Origin: Nitrospirota bacterium
GTDB taxonomy: Bacteria; Nitrospirota; Thermodesulfovibrionia; Thermodesulfovibrionales; Dissulfurispiraceae
Direction: 5' to 3'
Length of the DNA: 64,000 nucleotides
NCBI GenBank assembly: GCA_963710375.1
Contig: CAVPZX010000002.1
Location: 320,001 to 384,000, forward strand
How positions within the stretch are numbered: the stretch's first letter is position 1; each line of letters begins with the position of its first letter. The notes under the pieces were generated by a model, which saw nothing but the letters and a program-made list of their open reading frames with translations, made no database searches and was not told where the DNA came from. Both the position numbers and the translations under genes were made by a program. This document shows positions 11,187 through 20,317 of this stretch, in pieces.

Positions 11187-12341
11187 CTAATTGCTGATCG
11201 TTGTTATAGGGACAATTTTGCCGTCCTTGATCTCGGTCAGAAACACCGTATTGGATGCCTGATGGTTATCCTTTCCGAGACTGAGCACCATTCCCCCTAT
11301 ATCCACATTTTTCATGTCTTCAAATGCATTTATCAATCCATCTCTCGTCAGGTCCTTGCCGGCCTTTTCTAGCGCCATGCACATTACTTTAGCGGTTATG
11401 CATCCTTCCATGTTCACAAAGCCCGTTTTTTGATCAGGAAAATACTTTGTGATCAAGGTGCCGCATTCCTTGATAATAGGGACCGATGGATCCTCTGGGA
11501 AAGGAACAACCTGCGATATCACTACTCCATCGCCTTCCTTACCGACAGCGCTTACGAGATCATCAGTGCCTACAAAAGACACCGTGGCGAGATGGGCCTT
11601 CAGGCCGTCTGTTTTCGCCTCCTTGATAAAGACGCCAATAGGAGAGTAAGGACCCACCATAATGACAACATCAGGATTCGCCGCCATCACCGATGCGAGG
11701 CCCGTTTTTACGGCAAGGGTATTCCTCTGGAATGTCCCCTTTGCAACTACATCAAGGCCGCGCTTTTTGAGAGCCTTTTCGGTCCCCGAGAGCACAGCTT
11801 GTCCGAACCCGTCATCCTGATAGAAAACAGCAAACTTCTTTGCACCAGTGTCTTTGACAAAGTGTTCAATGAGCATCTCCGGCTCATCGTTGTAGCTGGC
11901 CCTTATGTTTATTATCTCGTGAGTTACCGGATTCCTTAATGTCATTGCACCTGTAAACAGACCTACGAGAGGGACCTTGTCCTCCTTTACTATCGGGATT
12001 ACAGCGTTTGCAGTCGGAGTACCGACATACCCGAACAGAGCGAAGACTTTCTGCCCCTCTATCATCTTCAAGGTCTGATCGATCGCCTTGTCAGGCTCAT
12101 ATCCGTCGTCAGCTACAACAAGATTTATCTTCCTGCCGAGGATACCTCCCTTTGCATTTGCCTCTTTGAAAAAGGCCTCAGCTCCAACACGCATCCCATT
12201 ACCCAATCCTGCAGCCCCTCCGGTCTGCGCATTCACCATTCCGAGTTTGATCTCGGTGTCAGTGACTCCATCGGCAGCATAGAGTCTATTTGCAACAACC
12301 ATAGCACTGATGAGTATTAAGAATACAAGAAACTTCTTCAT
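11187..12341 (-). CDS. Periplasmic binding protein, LivJ/K-like type I fold
   Basis: Signal peptide; GRKINLVVADDGYEP, YVGTPT, NIRASY motifs; SD AAGGAGG. Confidence 0.88.
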   Translation of the reverse strand: MKKFLVFLILISAMVVANRLYAADGVTDTEIKLGMVNAQTGGAAGLGNGMRVGAEAFFKEANAKGGILGRKINLVVADDGYEPDKAIDQTLKMIEGQKVFALFGYVGTPTANAVIPIVKEDKVPLVGLFTGAMTLRNPVTHEIINIRASYNDEPEMLIEHFVKDTGAKKFAVFYQDDGFGQAVLSGTEKALKKRGLDVVAKGTFQRNTLAVKTGLASVMAANPDVVIMVGPYSPIGVFIKEAKTDGLKAHLATVSFVGTDDLVSAVGKEGDGVVISQVVPFPEDPSVPIIKECGTLITKYFPDQKTGFVNMEGCITAKVMCMALEKAGKDLTRDGLINAFEDMKNVDIGGMVLSLGKDNHQASNTVFLTEIKDGKIVPITTISN

Positions 12342-12667
12342 ACGTCCTCCTTTCGTTGCATTTCATGCCGGACGAAAACCTTCCACAGGCATTGCGGATG
12401 CCGGCTTCGTCCATATTTAGAAATGCTGTTCGTTACGATAGATGTTTTTCCCATTGGAGACATACTGCTTTCGTGACGGTTGCCAAGAAACATTTGAAGA
12501 TACTTCTCCACTCATAAACTTGAGTATTAAATACTTATACAAATCAAAATGTCAACGCCTCGTACAACTCTGTGTCAAGCCAATTTAAAAATATCCGGAT
12601 TTACGCTTTCGCTTTCCTCTCCATTTGCCACGGCTAAATGTCTAACCATCAATCGAGTTAATCATCA

Positions 12668-12684
12668 AGCAAGGACTGTGCCAG
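12668..12684 (-). promoter_or_regulatory. sigma54 -24/-12 promoter facing binding protein/MCP genes
   Basis: Minus strand CTGGCACAGTCCTTGCT = TGGCAC-N5-TTGC, GG-N10-GC. Confidence 0.8.
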
Positions 12685-12748
12685 ACGACACAATGTAGTA
12701 TCTTTTTGATTTATTGGGATTTCTGAGGAATGGGATACATCATCAATG

Positions 12749-12861
12749 TGGATTAATTCCAATGTCTGTGGAAAGATTCCATTGGATAACAAGAAACTCG
12801 AAAGCTTTTCGATGATTAATCATAATTATGTATTTTTTTCATCGACATTGGAATTAATCCA
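12749..12861. promoter_or_regulatory. Candidate enhancer (bEBP binding) sites TGGA-N5-TCCA
   Basis: TGGATTAATTCCA 12749-12761, TGGAAAGATTCCA 12769-12781, TGGAATTAATCCA 12849-12861, between two sigma54 promoters. Confidence 0.6.
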
Positions 12862-12926
12862 CATTCATTAATGAAAAACATTCCTCAGAGATCCTAATAA
12901 ATCAGGAAGTTAATACATTGTATCTC

Positions 12927-12943
12927 TTGGCATAGTCCTTGCT
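12927..12943 (+). promoter_or_regulatory. sigma54 -24/-12 promoter facing the cNMP/AAA/polyferredoxin gene
   Basis: TTGGCATAGTCCTTGCT, GG-N10-GC; IHF-like AATCAG-N4-TTA at 12900-12912. Confidence 0.8.
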
Positions 12944-13042
12944 GCATCATTAAATAATCATAAGATGCAGCAGCCGATGACCCAAAAAGTATGAGTGTTT
13001 TATCGGATAGGCAATATCTTATACGACACATCTGCCGGTTAA

Positions 13043-15883
13043 ATGATAGAGGGGAGGACAGTGGAGACTGTATTACATAAATATGATTCCACAATATTAT
13101 CCGACAATCCCGAGGTTCTCAGCAGGATGAATACATCATACTTGGGCAGCTATATTCAGCGGGAAGTGCCGGATGCCGGGAAGTATATACAGCAGGCTCT
13201 GGCAATACAGGCCTCCCTGTTCGAAAAGGGAGAGCGCAAAAACATCGGTCAGATCATGACCGAAAACGGGTGGATCGGCAATGAGGAGCTTCAGCATTGC
13301 CTTGTCCGGCAGCTGGAGGACCGGCTTGCCGAGATTGAGCTTTTCGAGACCGTACCGTTTGATGTGCTGATGCGGCTGGCCCGCGAATCACGCCAAATAT
13401 CGGTACCTCCAGGAAACGTCATTTTCAACAACAACGACAAAAGCGATAGTTACTTTATAATCGTTTCGGGCAGGGTCGCCATTTCAGACCATGGAGAGGA
13501 TGGAAAGGTCGAAACGACCGCAAGTCTCGGGCCTGGTGATTGCTTCGGTGAGATGACTATGCTCGCCGGCAAGGGAAGCAGCGCAAAATTCACCGCAGAG
13601 GAGAATACGGTGCTGATATTGATTCCGAAGCCGGCCTTCGATTTGATACATGGAACCGGATCTACAGTTTCTCAAGGGTTTATCCGCATACTTGCCGGGC
13701 GACTTATGAAAAGCGCCAACTGGATTTCTGAGGTCAAGGCGGACGAAGAGGCGTACCGTCAGTTTATCGCTGAACAACTTGGAAAGAACGAGCCATCTAT
13801 TATAGGAAGCACGGCAGTAATAAAAAAAGTGCTTGCAGATATAGAGCGGGTTTCTGAAGGCAGCGGGCCGGCGCTGGTGCAAGGCGAAAGCGGAACTGAA
13901 CTCTGGGATGCGGCAGCGCTTATACACAAGAAAAATCGCGAATCAGGGAAGCTCTTGACCTATGATGCAAGGCGGAAGGGTACAGGCTATCGGTCCGGAC
14001 CCTATGAGCGCCGCAGGCAAAGTGATATGCTGAGCCAAATGAGCACCCTGTTCGGGAGGGCTAACTCCATGCAAGCTGAGGAGGGAGGGCGCATCGGACT
14101 CCTCCAGATCGCCGATGGCGGTACTCTGGTCGTTGAACATGTCGAAATGCTCCATTCAAAGGTCCAGCAGAAACTGGCTGAACTTATTGCTACAGGCAAA
14201 TTCCAAATACCCTTTGATAATACAATGCAGTCATCTAGTGTACGTTTGATATTTACTACAAGCGCCGACCTTGCGAATATGGCGGCGAATGGCAACTTTG
14301 ACACAAAACTTCTTGATCTCATAAGCCGGAATATTATCACTTTGCCTGCGCTCAGGAAAAGAAAAAAGGATTTAAGGGAAATAGTCGCTCATATTATAGA
14401 AAGGAACAATCGGCAACTGGGTATGGCCATTGAAGGGCTGGATGATTCTGCCTACAAGGAGATCATGGCCTCTGACTGGCCCGGGAATAGTGAGGAACTC
14501 AACAACGTCATAAGACGCGCAATGATGCTCTGCCGTGACAGAGCGCTGTCTGCCGAACACATCTTCCTGAGTTCTCCTCCGGTCAAAGGACAGGTCACCT
14601 TTGACCTCTTCAAGATTTCCACTGTTAAGGATTTTTTCCTCAACAGCGGTTTTTTTACGACCGCACATTTGGTTATTGCGTCATTCATAGGGATCATCAT
14701 CGTCAGCGGCCTGTTCGGGAACCAGGACCCTGCCAAGAATGCAGCGATCGTTCTTACCTGGGGTTACTGGGAGCCGATTTTCGTGCTGAGCACCTTTTTC
14801 TTCGGCAGGTTATGGTGTGGTGTATGCCCCATCGGCTCGACAATTTCTTTCATCAGCACAAGGGTTGGACTAAAGAAGAAGATACCTCAGTTGCTCCGCA
14901 ATTATGGGATCTATCTCAGCGCGGCAGGAATTGCCGCCATATTTTGGGCCGAGTCTATATCGCACATGGTCATATCTCCAAAGGCGACAGGTCTACTGGT
15001 GCTGACGATATCGCTGTTGGCTTTGTTTACAGGCATGCTCTTCGATCGAAGAACCTGGTGCCGTTACCTATGCCCTATCGGTGCTATCGCCGGATTCTTT
15101 TCAAGTTGTTCGGTAACAGAGCTACGGTCAAATTACAATATCTGCAGTGAGGACTGTATTAAGCACGATTGTTATGTCGGCAATGAGAAAGCAGCAGGAT
15201 GTCCTTTATTTCAGGGACCGTTCTCGCTGAGGACCAACAAAGACTGCGTTCTCTGCGGCAACTGCGTCAGGGCATGTCCGAAGAATTCGATAGCCCTGAA
15301 CCTCCGCATTCCGGGACAGGAACTTTGGGCATCATACCAGATTGAAAAGAGCGCCGTGATTATCTGTTCTACAATGCTCGGCACGCAATTATTCCGTGGT
15401 CTCGAGCATGCCGGTGTCTTCGGTGTGCTTACCTCATCAGACATGTGGTGGCTATGTGCCGCAACAGCGATTCTGTCACTTACGCTTGGCGTTATGGCAG
15501 CTGCAGCCGTCATTGGAAAACTTGTCTTTCCAGTCAGCGATGAGTCTGGCGGGGAAATGTCACGCATCATATACTCCTTCATTCCGCTTTCGTTTTCCTT
15601 TGAGATAGGTTATCACCTGCACAGGATGCTAACGCTTAGCGGTATTTTGCCGGATGTTATTCTCTACCAACTTTTTGGTAATGACAACTATTCGATAAGA
15701 CCGGTCGTAAGTGCTGGTGGCATCAAGACGCTGCAGGTCATTATCATGCTGATCGGCCTAGCCGGCAGCGCCTACGTTGCAAGGCGCATGACAAGTGGCA
15801 TCAGTTCGCCGGAACGGTTTCCAATATGGCCGGCGTTTGTCCTTAACGTTATCCTCACCAGCCTGTTTCTTGCATTTAAGTAA
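13043..15883 (+). CDS. Multidomain membrane protein: MshEN-like + cNMP-binding + degenerate sigma54-activator AAA + NapH/MauN-type polyferredoxin
   Basis: KNIGQIMTENGWIGNEELQHCLVRQ; GDCFGEM; ADGGTL and WPGN AAA remnants; WCGVCP, WCRYLCP, CVLCGNCVRACP; many TM helices. Start uncertain (13043, GTG 13061 or ATG 13127). Confidence 0.85.
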   Translation: MIEGRTVETVLHKYDSTILSDNPEVLSRMNTSYLGSYIQREVPDAGKYIQQALAIQASLFEKGERKNIGQIMTENGWIGNEELQHCLVRQLEDRLAEIELFETVPFDVLMRLARESRQISVPPGNVIFNNNDKSDSYFIIVSGRVAISDHGEDGKVETTASLGPGDCFGEMTMLAGKGSSAKFTAEENTVLILIPKPAFDLIHGTGSTVSQGFIRILAGRLMKSANWISEVKADEEAYRQFIAEQLGKNEPSIIGSTAVIKKVLADIERVSEGSGPALVQGESGTELWDAAALIHKKNRESGKLLTYDARRKGTGYRSGPYERRRQSDMLSQMSTLFGRANSMQAEEGGRIGLLQIADGGTLVVEHVEMLHSKVQQKLAELIATGKFQIPFDNTMQSSSVRLIFTTSADLANMAANGNFDTKLLDLISRNIITLPALRKRKKDLREIVAHIIERNNRQLGMAIEGLDDSAYKEIMASDWPGNSEELNNVIRRAMMLCRDRALSAEHIFLSSPPVKGQVTFDLFKISTVKDFFLNSGFFTTAHLVIASFIGIIIVSGLFGNQDPAKNAAIVLTWGYWEPIFVLSTFFFGRLWCGVCPIGSTISFISTRVGLKKKIPQLLRNYGIYLSAAGIAAIFWAESISHMVISPKATGLLVLTISLLALFTGMLFDRRTWCRYLCPIGAIAGFFSSCSVTELRSNYNICSEDCIKHDCYVGNEKAAGCPLFQGPFSLRTNKDCVLCGNCVRACPKNSIALNLRIPGQELWASYQIEKSAVIICSTMLGTQLFRGLEHAGVFGVLTSSDMWWLCAATAILSLTLGVMAAAAVIGKLVFPVSDESGGEMSRIIYSFIPLSFSFEIGYHLHRMLTLSGILPDVILYQLFGNDNYSIRPVVSAGGIKTLQVIIMLIGLAGSAYVARRMTSGISSPERFPIWPAFVLNVILTSLFLAFK

Positions 15884-15964
15884 CCTGCCTCTGCCGGTCC
15901 TTTCCTTACGCCTACTCCAATTGCTTTTGATTACCAATGCCGATGAGTTAAAATAGAGGTTGCT

Positions 15965-17320
15965 ATGGACGAACTCATTGTTATAGGCGGCGGACTTGCT
16001 GGGTGCGAGGCTGCTTGGCAGGCTGCACAGAGAGGCATACATGTCCTGCTCTTTGAGATGCGGCCCCAAAAGATGACTGAGGCGCATAAGACACCGCTCC
16101 TTGCTGAACTTGTCTGTTCCAATTCTTTCAGATCAAGGGAAATCAACACAGGTCCCGGACTTTTGAAAAAGGAGTTAGAGCTTGCAGGTTCACTTGTGAT
16201 GAGTGCGGCCCGGGCATCTGAGGTCCCGGCAGGGTCTGCCCTGGCTGTAAACAGGACTTTATTTGCCGGTTATATCAACGAAACGATGACAAATCACACG
16301 AATATCACCATCGTCAGGGAGGAAGTTACAAGGATTCCCGATTCGTTTGCTATTATGGCAACAGGCCCGCTTACTTCGGGTGCAATGGCCGATACTCTCA
16401 AGGAACTCATCGGAGAAGACCACCTCTTTTTTTATGATGCTATTGCGCCGATTGTTGATGCCGGCAGCATCGACTACTCAAAAGTATATCTTGCGTCACG
16501 TTACGGAAAAGGCGGAGATGATTATGTGAACTGCCCTATGTCGGAAGACGAATATGGCAGATTTTTCGATGCACTGCAAAATGCAGACAAGGTGCACAAA
16601 ATGGATTTTGAAGACACAAGGGTCTTTGAGGGGTGCATGCCGGTTGAGGTCATGGCGGAAAGGGGAAGGGACACTCTCAGGTTCGGACCGCTCAAACCGG
16701 TTGGACTGCCGGACCCGAAAACGGGCAGGATCCCATACGCGGTCGTACAACTTAGGGCTGAAAATTTGGAGAGGTCGGCATATAACATGGTCGGCTTTCA
16801 AACACGCCTGAAGTGGCAGGACCAGAAAAAAGTATTCACAATGGTTCCAGGCCTTGAGAACGCTGATTTTCTGCGGTTAGGGAGCATGCATCGGAACACG
16901 TTTATTAATTCTCCGCTGCACCTCAATGCCGACCTGTCGCTTAAAGAGAAAAGCAGCCTTTACTTTGCGGGACAAATCACAGGCGTTGAAGGCTACATTG
17001 AATCAACGGCAATGGGGCTGATCGCCGGCATCAATGCTTCGAGAAAAATGCTCGGCAAAGAAACAACTCAACCGCCGAGAGTTTCTGCTCACGGCTCGCT
17101 GATAGCACATATTACGGGTTCCGGGCCTCACCGCCAAAAGTCTGCGACATTTGGGGACACCGGTCCCAGCGGTTTTCAGCCCAGCAACATCAATTTCGGA
17201 CTTATTCCGGCGGTTACATATAAGCCTGAGATCAAGGATAAAAAGCTCCGGCGGCAAATGGCTGCTGAGGTTGCATTAAAAGAGTGGTCAGAGTATATTA
17301 ACCTAATAGGTAATGGGTGA
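15965..17320 (+). CDS. trmFO: tRNA (uracil-5-)-methyltransferase, FADH2/folate-dependent
   Basis: GGGLAGCEAAWQ, ELVCSNS, FEGCMP, YAVVQLR, GQITGVEGY. Confidence 0.97.
   Translation: MDELIVIGGGLAGCEAAWQAAQRGIHVLLFEMRPQKMTEAHKTPLLAELVCSNSFRSREINTGPGLLKKELELAGSLVMSAARASEVPAGSALAVNRTLFAGYINETMTNHTNITIVREEVTRIPDSFAIMATGPLTSGAMADTLKELIGEDHLFFYDAIAPIVDAGSIDYSKVYLASRYGKGGDDYVNCPMSEDEYGRFFDALQNADKVHKMDFEDTRVFEGCMPVEVMAERGRDTLRFGPLKPVGLPDPKTGRIPYAVVQLRAENLERSAYNMVGFQTRLKWQDQKKVFTMVPGLENADFLRLGSMHRNTFINSPLHLNADLSLKEKSSLYFAGQITGVEGYIESTAMGLIAGINASRKMLGKETTQPPRVSAHGSLIAHITGSGPHRQKSATFGDTGPSGFQPSNINFGLIPAVTYKPEIKDKKLRRQMAAEVALKEWSEYINLIGNG
17129..17162. repeat. Short palindromic element inserted in frame in trmFO
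   Basis: CACCGCCAAAAGTCTGCGACATTTGGGGACACC aligns by eye with CACCCCAAAAGACTTTGGCTTTTGGGGACCCC at 38849-38880. Confidence 0.65.
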
Positions 17321-18240
17321 TGGCCGCCGAAGGATTGGAACCGTATATAAGGAAATTTCTCAAATACCTCAAGTTGGAACGCGGCGCGTCCGAGCATACA
17401 CTTAGAGCGTATGAACAGGATTTGGTAGAGTTCAGCCAGTACTGCGCAGAGGACCCGCAGGAGGTAGATATGATCGACATCAGGGGCTTCATTTCAGAAC
17501 GTATCATGGGCGGCAATGAAAAATCCACTGTTGCACGGAAACTTGCAACACTCAGATCGTTTTTCAACTATCTATACCAGGAAGGGCATGTCAAGATAAA
17601 TCAGGCCAAACTTGTGCCCACGCCGAAACTGCCCAAGCACCTGCCCAACTACCTGTCTGTCGATGACGCGTTCAACCTCGTACAGGCCCCCGAGGGCATC
17701 GGCCTCCTTCCTGTCAGGGACAGGGCCATCCTTGAATTGCTCTACTCAAGCGGCCTGCGTGTCAGCGAAGTGTCCGGCCTGACTGTCGATGACATAAACC
17801 TGAGAGATGGTCTTGTCAAGGCACGCGGTAAAGGGAAAAAAGAACGGATTGTGCCGGTCGGAGATAAAGCCGTGGATGCGCTGAAATCTTATTTTGTCGA
17901 GCGGATGCTTTTTAAAAAAAAGAGGTCCGCTGCACGGAGCGACGCGGCCTTTTTCCTGAATCGAATCGGCGGACGGCTTACCGACCGTCAGATACGGCGA
18001 ATAGTAGTGAAACATGCCCGCGCAATGGGAATCGACGGACAGATAGGCCCTCACACTCTGCGGCATACCTTTGCTACTCACCTGCTGATAGGCGGGGCCG
18101 ATCTCCGCTCAATCCAGGAAATGCTCGGCCATTCATCTCTCTCTACAACTCAAAAGTACACACATCTCAATATCGGACATTTAATCGATGTCTATGATAA
18201 AGCGCATCCATTCGGAAATACAAAAAACAGTGAAACGTGA
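17317..18240 (+). CDS. xerC: Chromosomal tyrosine recombinase
   Basis: GLRVSE, GKGKKER, HTLRH, LGHSSLSTTQKY; trmFO-xerC-hslVU context. Confidence 0.9.
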   Translation: MMAAEGLEPYIRKFLKYLKLERGASEHTLRAYEQDLVEFSQYCAEDPQEVDMIDIRGFISERIMGGNEKSTVARKLATLRSFFNYLYQEGHVKINQAKLVPTPKLPKHLPNYLSVDDAFNLVQAPEGIGLLPVRDRAILELLYSSGLRVSEVSGLTVDDINLRDGLVKARGKGKKERIVPVGDKAVDALKSYFVERMLFKKKRSAARSDAAFFLNRIGGRLTDRQIRRIVVKHARAMGIDGQIGPHTLRHTFATHLLIGGADLRSIQEMLGHSSLSTTQKYTHLNIGHLIDVYDKAHPFGNTKNSET

Positions 18241-18324
18241 AAAGTGAATAGTGAAACGCGGAGAATATAGAGAATATTTTCTTTTTTTCTATTCACATTT
18301 CACCATTCACTTTTCACTATTCAT
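18230..18324. repeat. Inverted tandem micro-array, 7-mer GTGAAWN
   Basis: GTGAAAC GTGAAAA GTGAATA GTGAAAC ... TATTCAC ATTTCAC CATTCAC TTTTCAC TATTCAT; includes xerC stop. Confidence 0.9.
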
Positions 18325-18340
18325 TTTTTAGGGAGGATTT

Positions 18341-18874
18341 ATGTTTCACGGAACAACGATTTTATGTGTAAGGAGAAACAATAACGTTGCCATCGCAAGT
18401 GACGGTCAGGTGACGATGGGCAACACAGTTTTGAAACATAATGCCAGAAAAATAAGAAAAATGTATAATGATAAAATTCTGGCCGGGTTTGCCGGTGCGA
18501 CCGCAGACGCCTTTACGCTTTTTGAGAGGTTCGAGGCAAAGATCGAGTCATACCGGGGGAACATAGCAAGGGCCGCAGTTGAACTCGCAAAAGATTGGAG
18601 AACTGACAAAATACTGCGAAGGCTTGAGGCGCTGCTCCTCGTGGCAGATGAAGAACATACCTTAATCATCTCCGGCACGGGCGACGTAATCGAGCCCGAG
18701 GGAGGAGTAGCAGCAATAGGCTCGGGTGGTCCTTTCGGCCAGGCTGCTGCGCGGGCGCTTTATGAAAACACCAGCCTCTCTGCTGCCGAGATAACGCGGA
18801 AAGCAATGGATATAGCTGCGGATATTTGTATCTATACCAACAAAAATATTTCAATCGAGGAACTCAATGGATAA
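18341..18874 (+). CDS. hslV: HslUV protease, peptidase subunit
   Basis: TTIL N-terminal nucleophile, DGQVT, AIGSGG. Confidence 0.97.
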   Translation: MFHGTTILCVRRNNNVAIASDGQVTMGNTVLKHNARKIRKMYNDKILAGFAGATADAFTLFERFEAKIESYRGNIARAAVELAKDWRTDKILRRLEALLLVADEEHTLIISGTGDVIEPEGGVAAIGSGGPFGQAAARALYENTSLSAAEITRKAMDIAADICIYTNKNISIEELNG

Positions 18875-20210
18875 TTTCATACCCAGAACAATAGTTTCCG
18901 AACTGGACAAATACATCATCGGGCAGGACAAGGCAAAGAGGTCGGTAGCCATCGCACTGCGGAACAGATGGAGAAGGCAGCGTCTTTCGGCTGAACTCCG
19001 GGATGAGGTGCTGCCCAAAAATATAATTATGATAGGCCCTACAGGCGTGGGCAAAACAGAAATAGCACGGAGACTCGCCCGGCTTGCCAGTGCGCCATTC
19101 CTCAAAATAGAGGCATCAAAGTTTACTGAGGTAGGGTATGTAGGCCGCGATGTGGAATCTATCATTAGGGACCTTCTGGAAATTGCGCTCAATATGGTAA
19201 AGACCGAACACATGTCAACAGTGCAGGAAAAGGCCAAGATGCTTGCTGAAGACAGGTTACTTGACCTCCTTCTTCCGCCACCGAGAGCGCCACGCGGGAC
19301 CGCCCCTGAGGAGGAGGAAAAAGAAAGCCATAATGAAACACGCGAGCGCCTGAGGGTCCAGCTTAAAGAGGGCAAACTGGATTCCCGGTACGTGGATGTT
19401 GATGTAAAGGAAAAGATGATGCCATTCGGGGTCATATCCAATGTTGGACTTGAAGAGCTGGAGATCAACTTGAAGGAGATGCTCGGCAGCTTTCTCCCTG
19501 AAAAGTCAAAACGGAAAAAGGTCAAGGTCTCTGAGGCACTGGCAATGCTTATCCAGGAGGAGGCTAATAAGCTTATTGATATGGAAAAGGTCACAGCGGA
19601 AGCGCGCGAGCGTACAGAACAGACAGGGATTGTTTTCCTTGACGAGATAGATAAGATAGCAAGCAGGTCACAGGGGCACGGCGGACCCGAAGTATCGAGA
19701 GAAGGCGTCCAGAGAGACCTGCTGCCCGTTGTCGAGGGCTCAACAATCAATACCAAACATGGTCCTGTAAAGACCGATCATATTCTTTTCATTGCTGCCG
19801 GCGCTTTTCACATCGCCAAGCCGTCGGATCTAATACCGGAACTGCAGGGGAGATTTCCCATAAGAGTCGAACTGGAATCGCTTGGTAAAGAGGAGTTTGT
19901 CAGGATACTTACGGAACCGCATAACGCACTAACCAAGCAATACACGGCTCTTCTTGAAACAGAAGGTGTAACACTTGAATTCAGGGACACCGCAATCGAC
20001 GAGATTGCGAATATAGCTGTGCTGGTGAATGAAAAGACCGAGAACATCGGCGCCAGAAGGCTCCATACGGTGCTCGAAAAGGTGCTGGAGGAGGTGTCGT
20101 TCAGCGCCCCTGAGATTAAAGGAGAAACCATCATAATCGATAAACAATATGTGGAGAAAAGGTTGTCGGATGTGGTCAAAGACGAAGACCTCAGCAGGTA
20201 TATCTTATAA
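18867..20210 (+). CDS. hslU: HslUV protease, ATPase subunit
   Basis: [25 protein letters not shown]-terminal DLSRYIL. Confidence 0.97.
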   Translation: MDNFIPRTIVSELDKYIIGQDKAKRSVAIALRNRWRRQRLSAELRDEVLPKNIIMIGPTGVGKTEIARRLARLASAPFLKIEASKFTEVGYVGRDVESIIRDLLEIALNMVKTEHMSTVQEKAKMLAEDRLLDLLLPPPRAPRGTAPEEEEKESHNETRERLRVQLKEGKLDSRYVDVDVKEKMMPFGVISNVGLEELEINLKEMLGSFLPEKSKRKKVKVSEALAMLIQEEANKLIDMEKVTAEARERTEQTGIVFLDEIDKIASRSQGHGGPEVSREGVQRDLLPVVEGSTINTKHGPVKTDHILFIAAGAFHIAKPSDLIPELQGRFPIRVELESLGKEEFVRILTEPHNALTKQYTALLETEGVTLEFRDTAIDEIANIAVLVNEKTENIGARRLHTVLEKVLEEVSFSAPEIKGETIIIDKQYVEKRLSDVVKDEDLSRYIL

Positions 20211-20218
20211 CAATAAAG

Positions 20219-20317
20219 GAAGATGTGAAGATGAGAAGATGTGAAGTTGTGAAGGCGTATAACAGGGCCTTAAGTGCTCAACTTCTCAACTTCTCAACTT
20301 CTCAACTTCACGCCTTC
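20219..20317. repeat. Inverted tandem micro-array, 8-mer GAAGWTGW
   Basis: GAAGATGT GAAGATGA GAAGATGT GAAGTTGT GAAGGCGT ... (TCAACTTC)x4 ACGCCTTC. Confidence 0.9.

Noticed and set aside
12420..12490. c-di-GMP-I riboswitch upstream of the binding protein/MCP genes
   Set aside because: GGCAA and GAAA words occur, but the P2 stem and GACGCAAAGC-type core are absent.
17317..18240. Tyrosine recombinase as a phage or island integrase
   Set aside because: XerC size and motifs in the conserved trmFO-xerC-hslVU context; no att sites or cargo.
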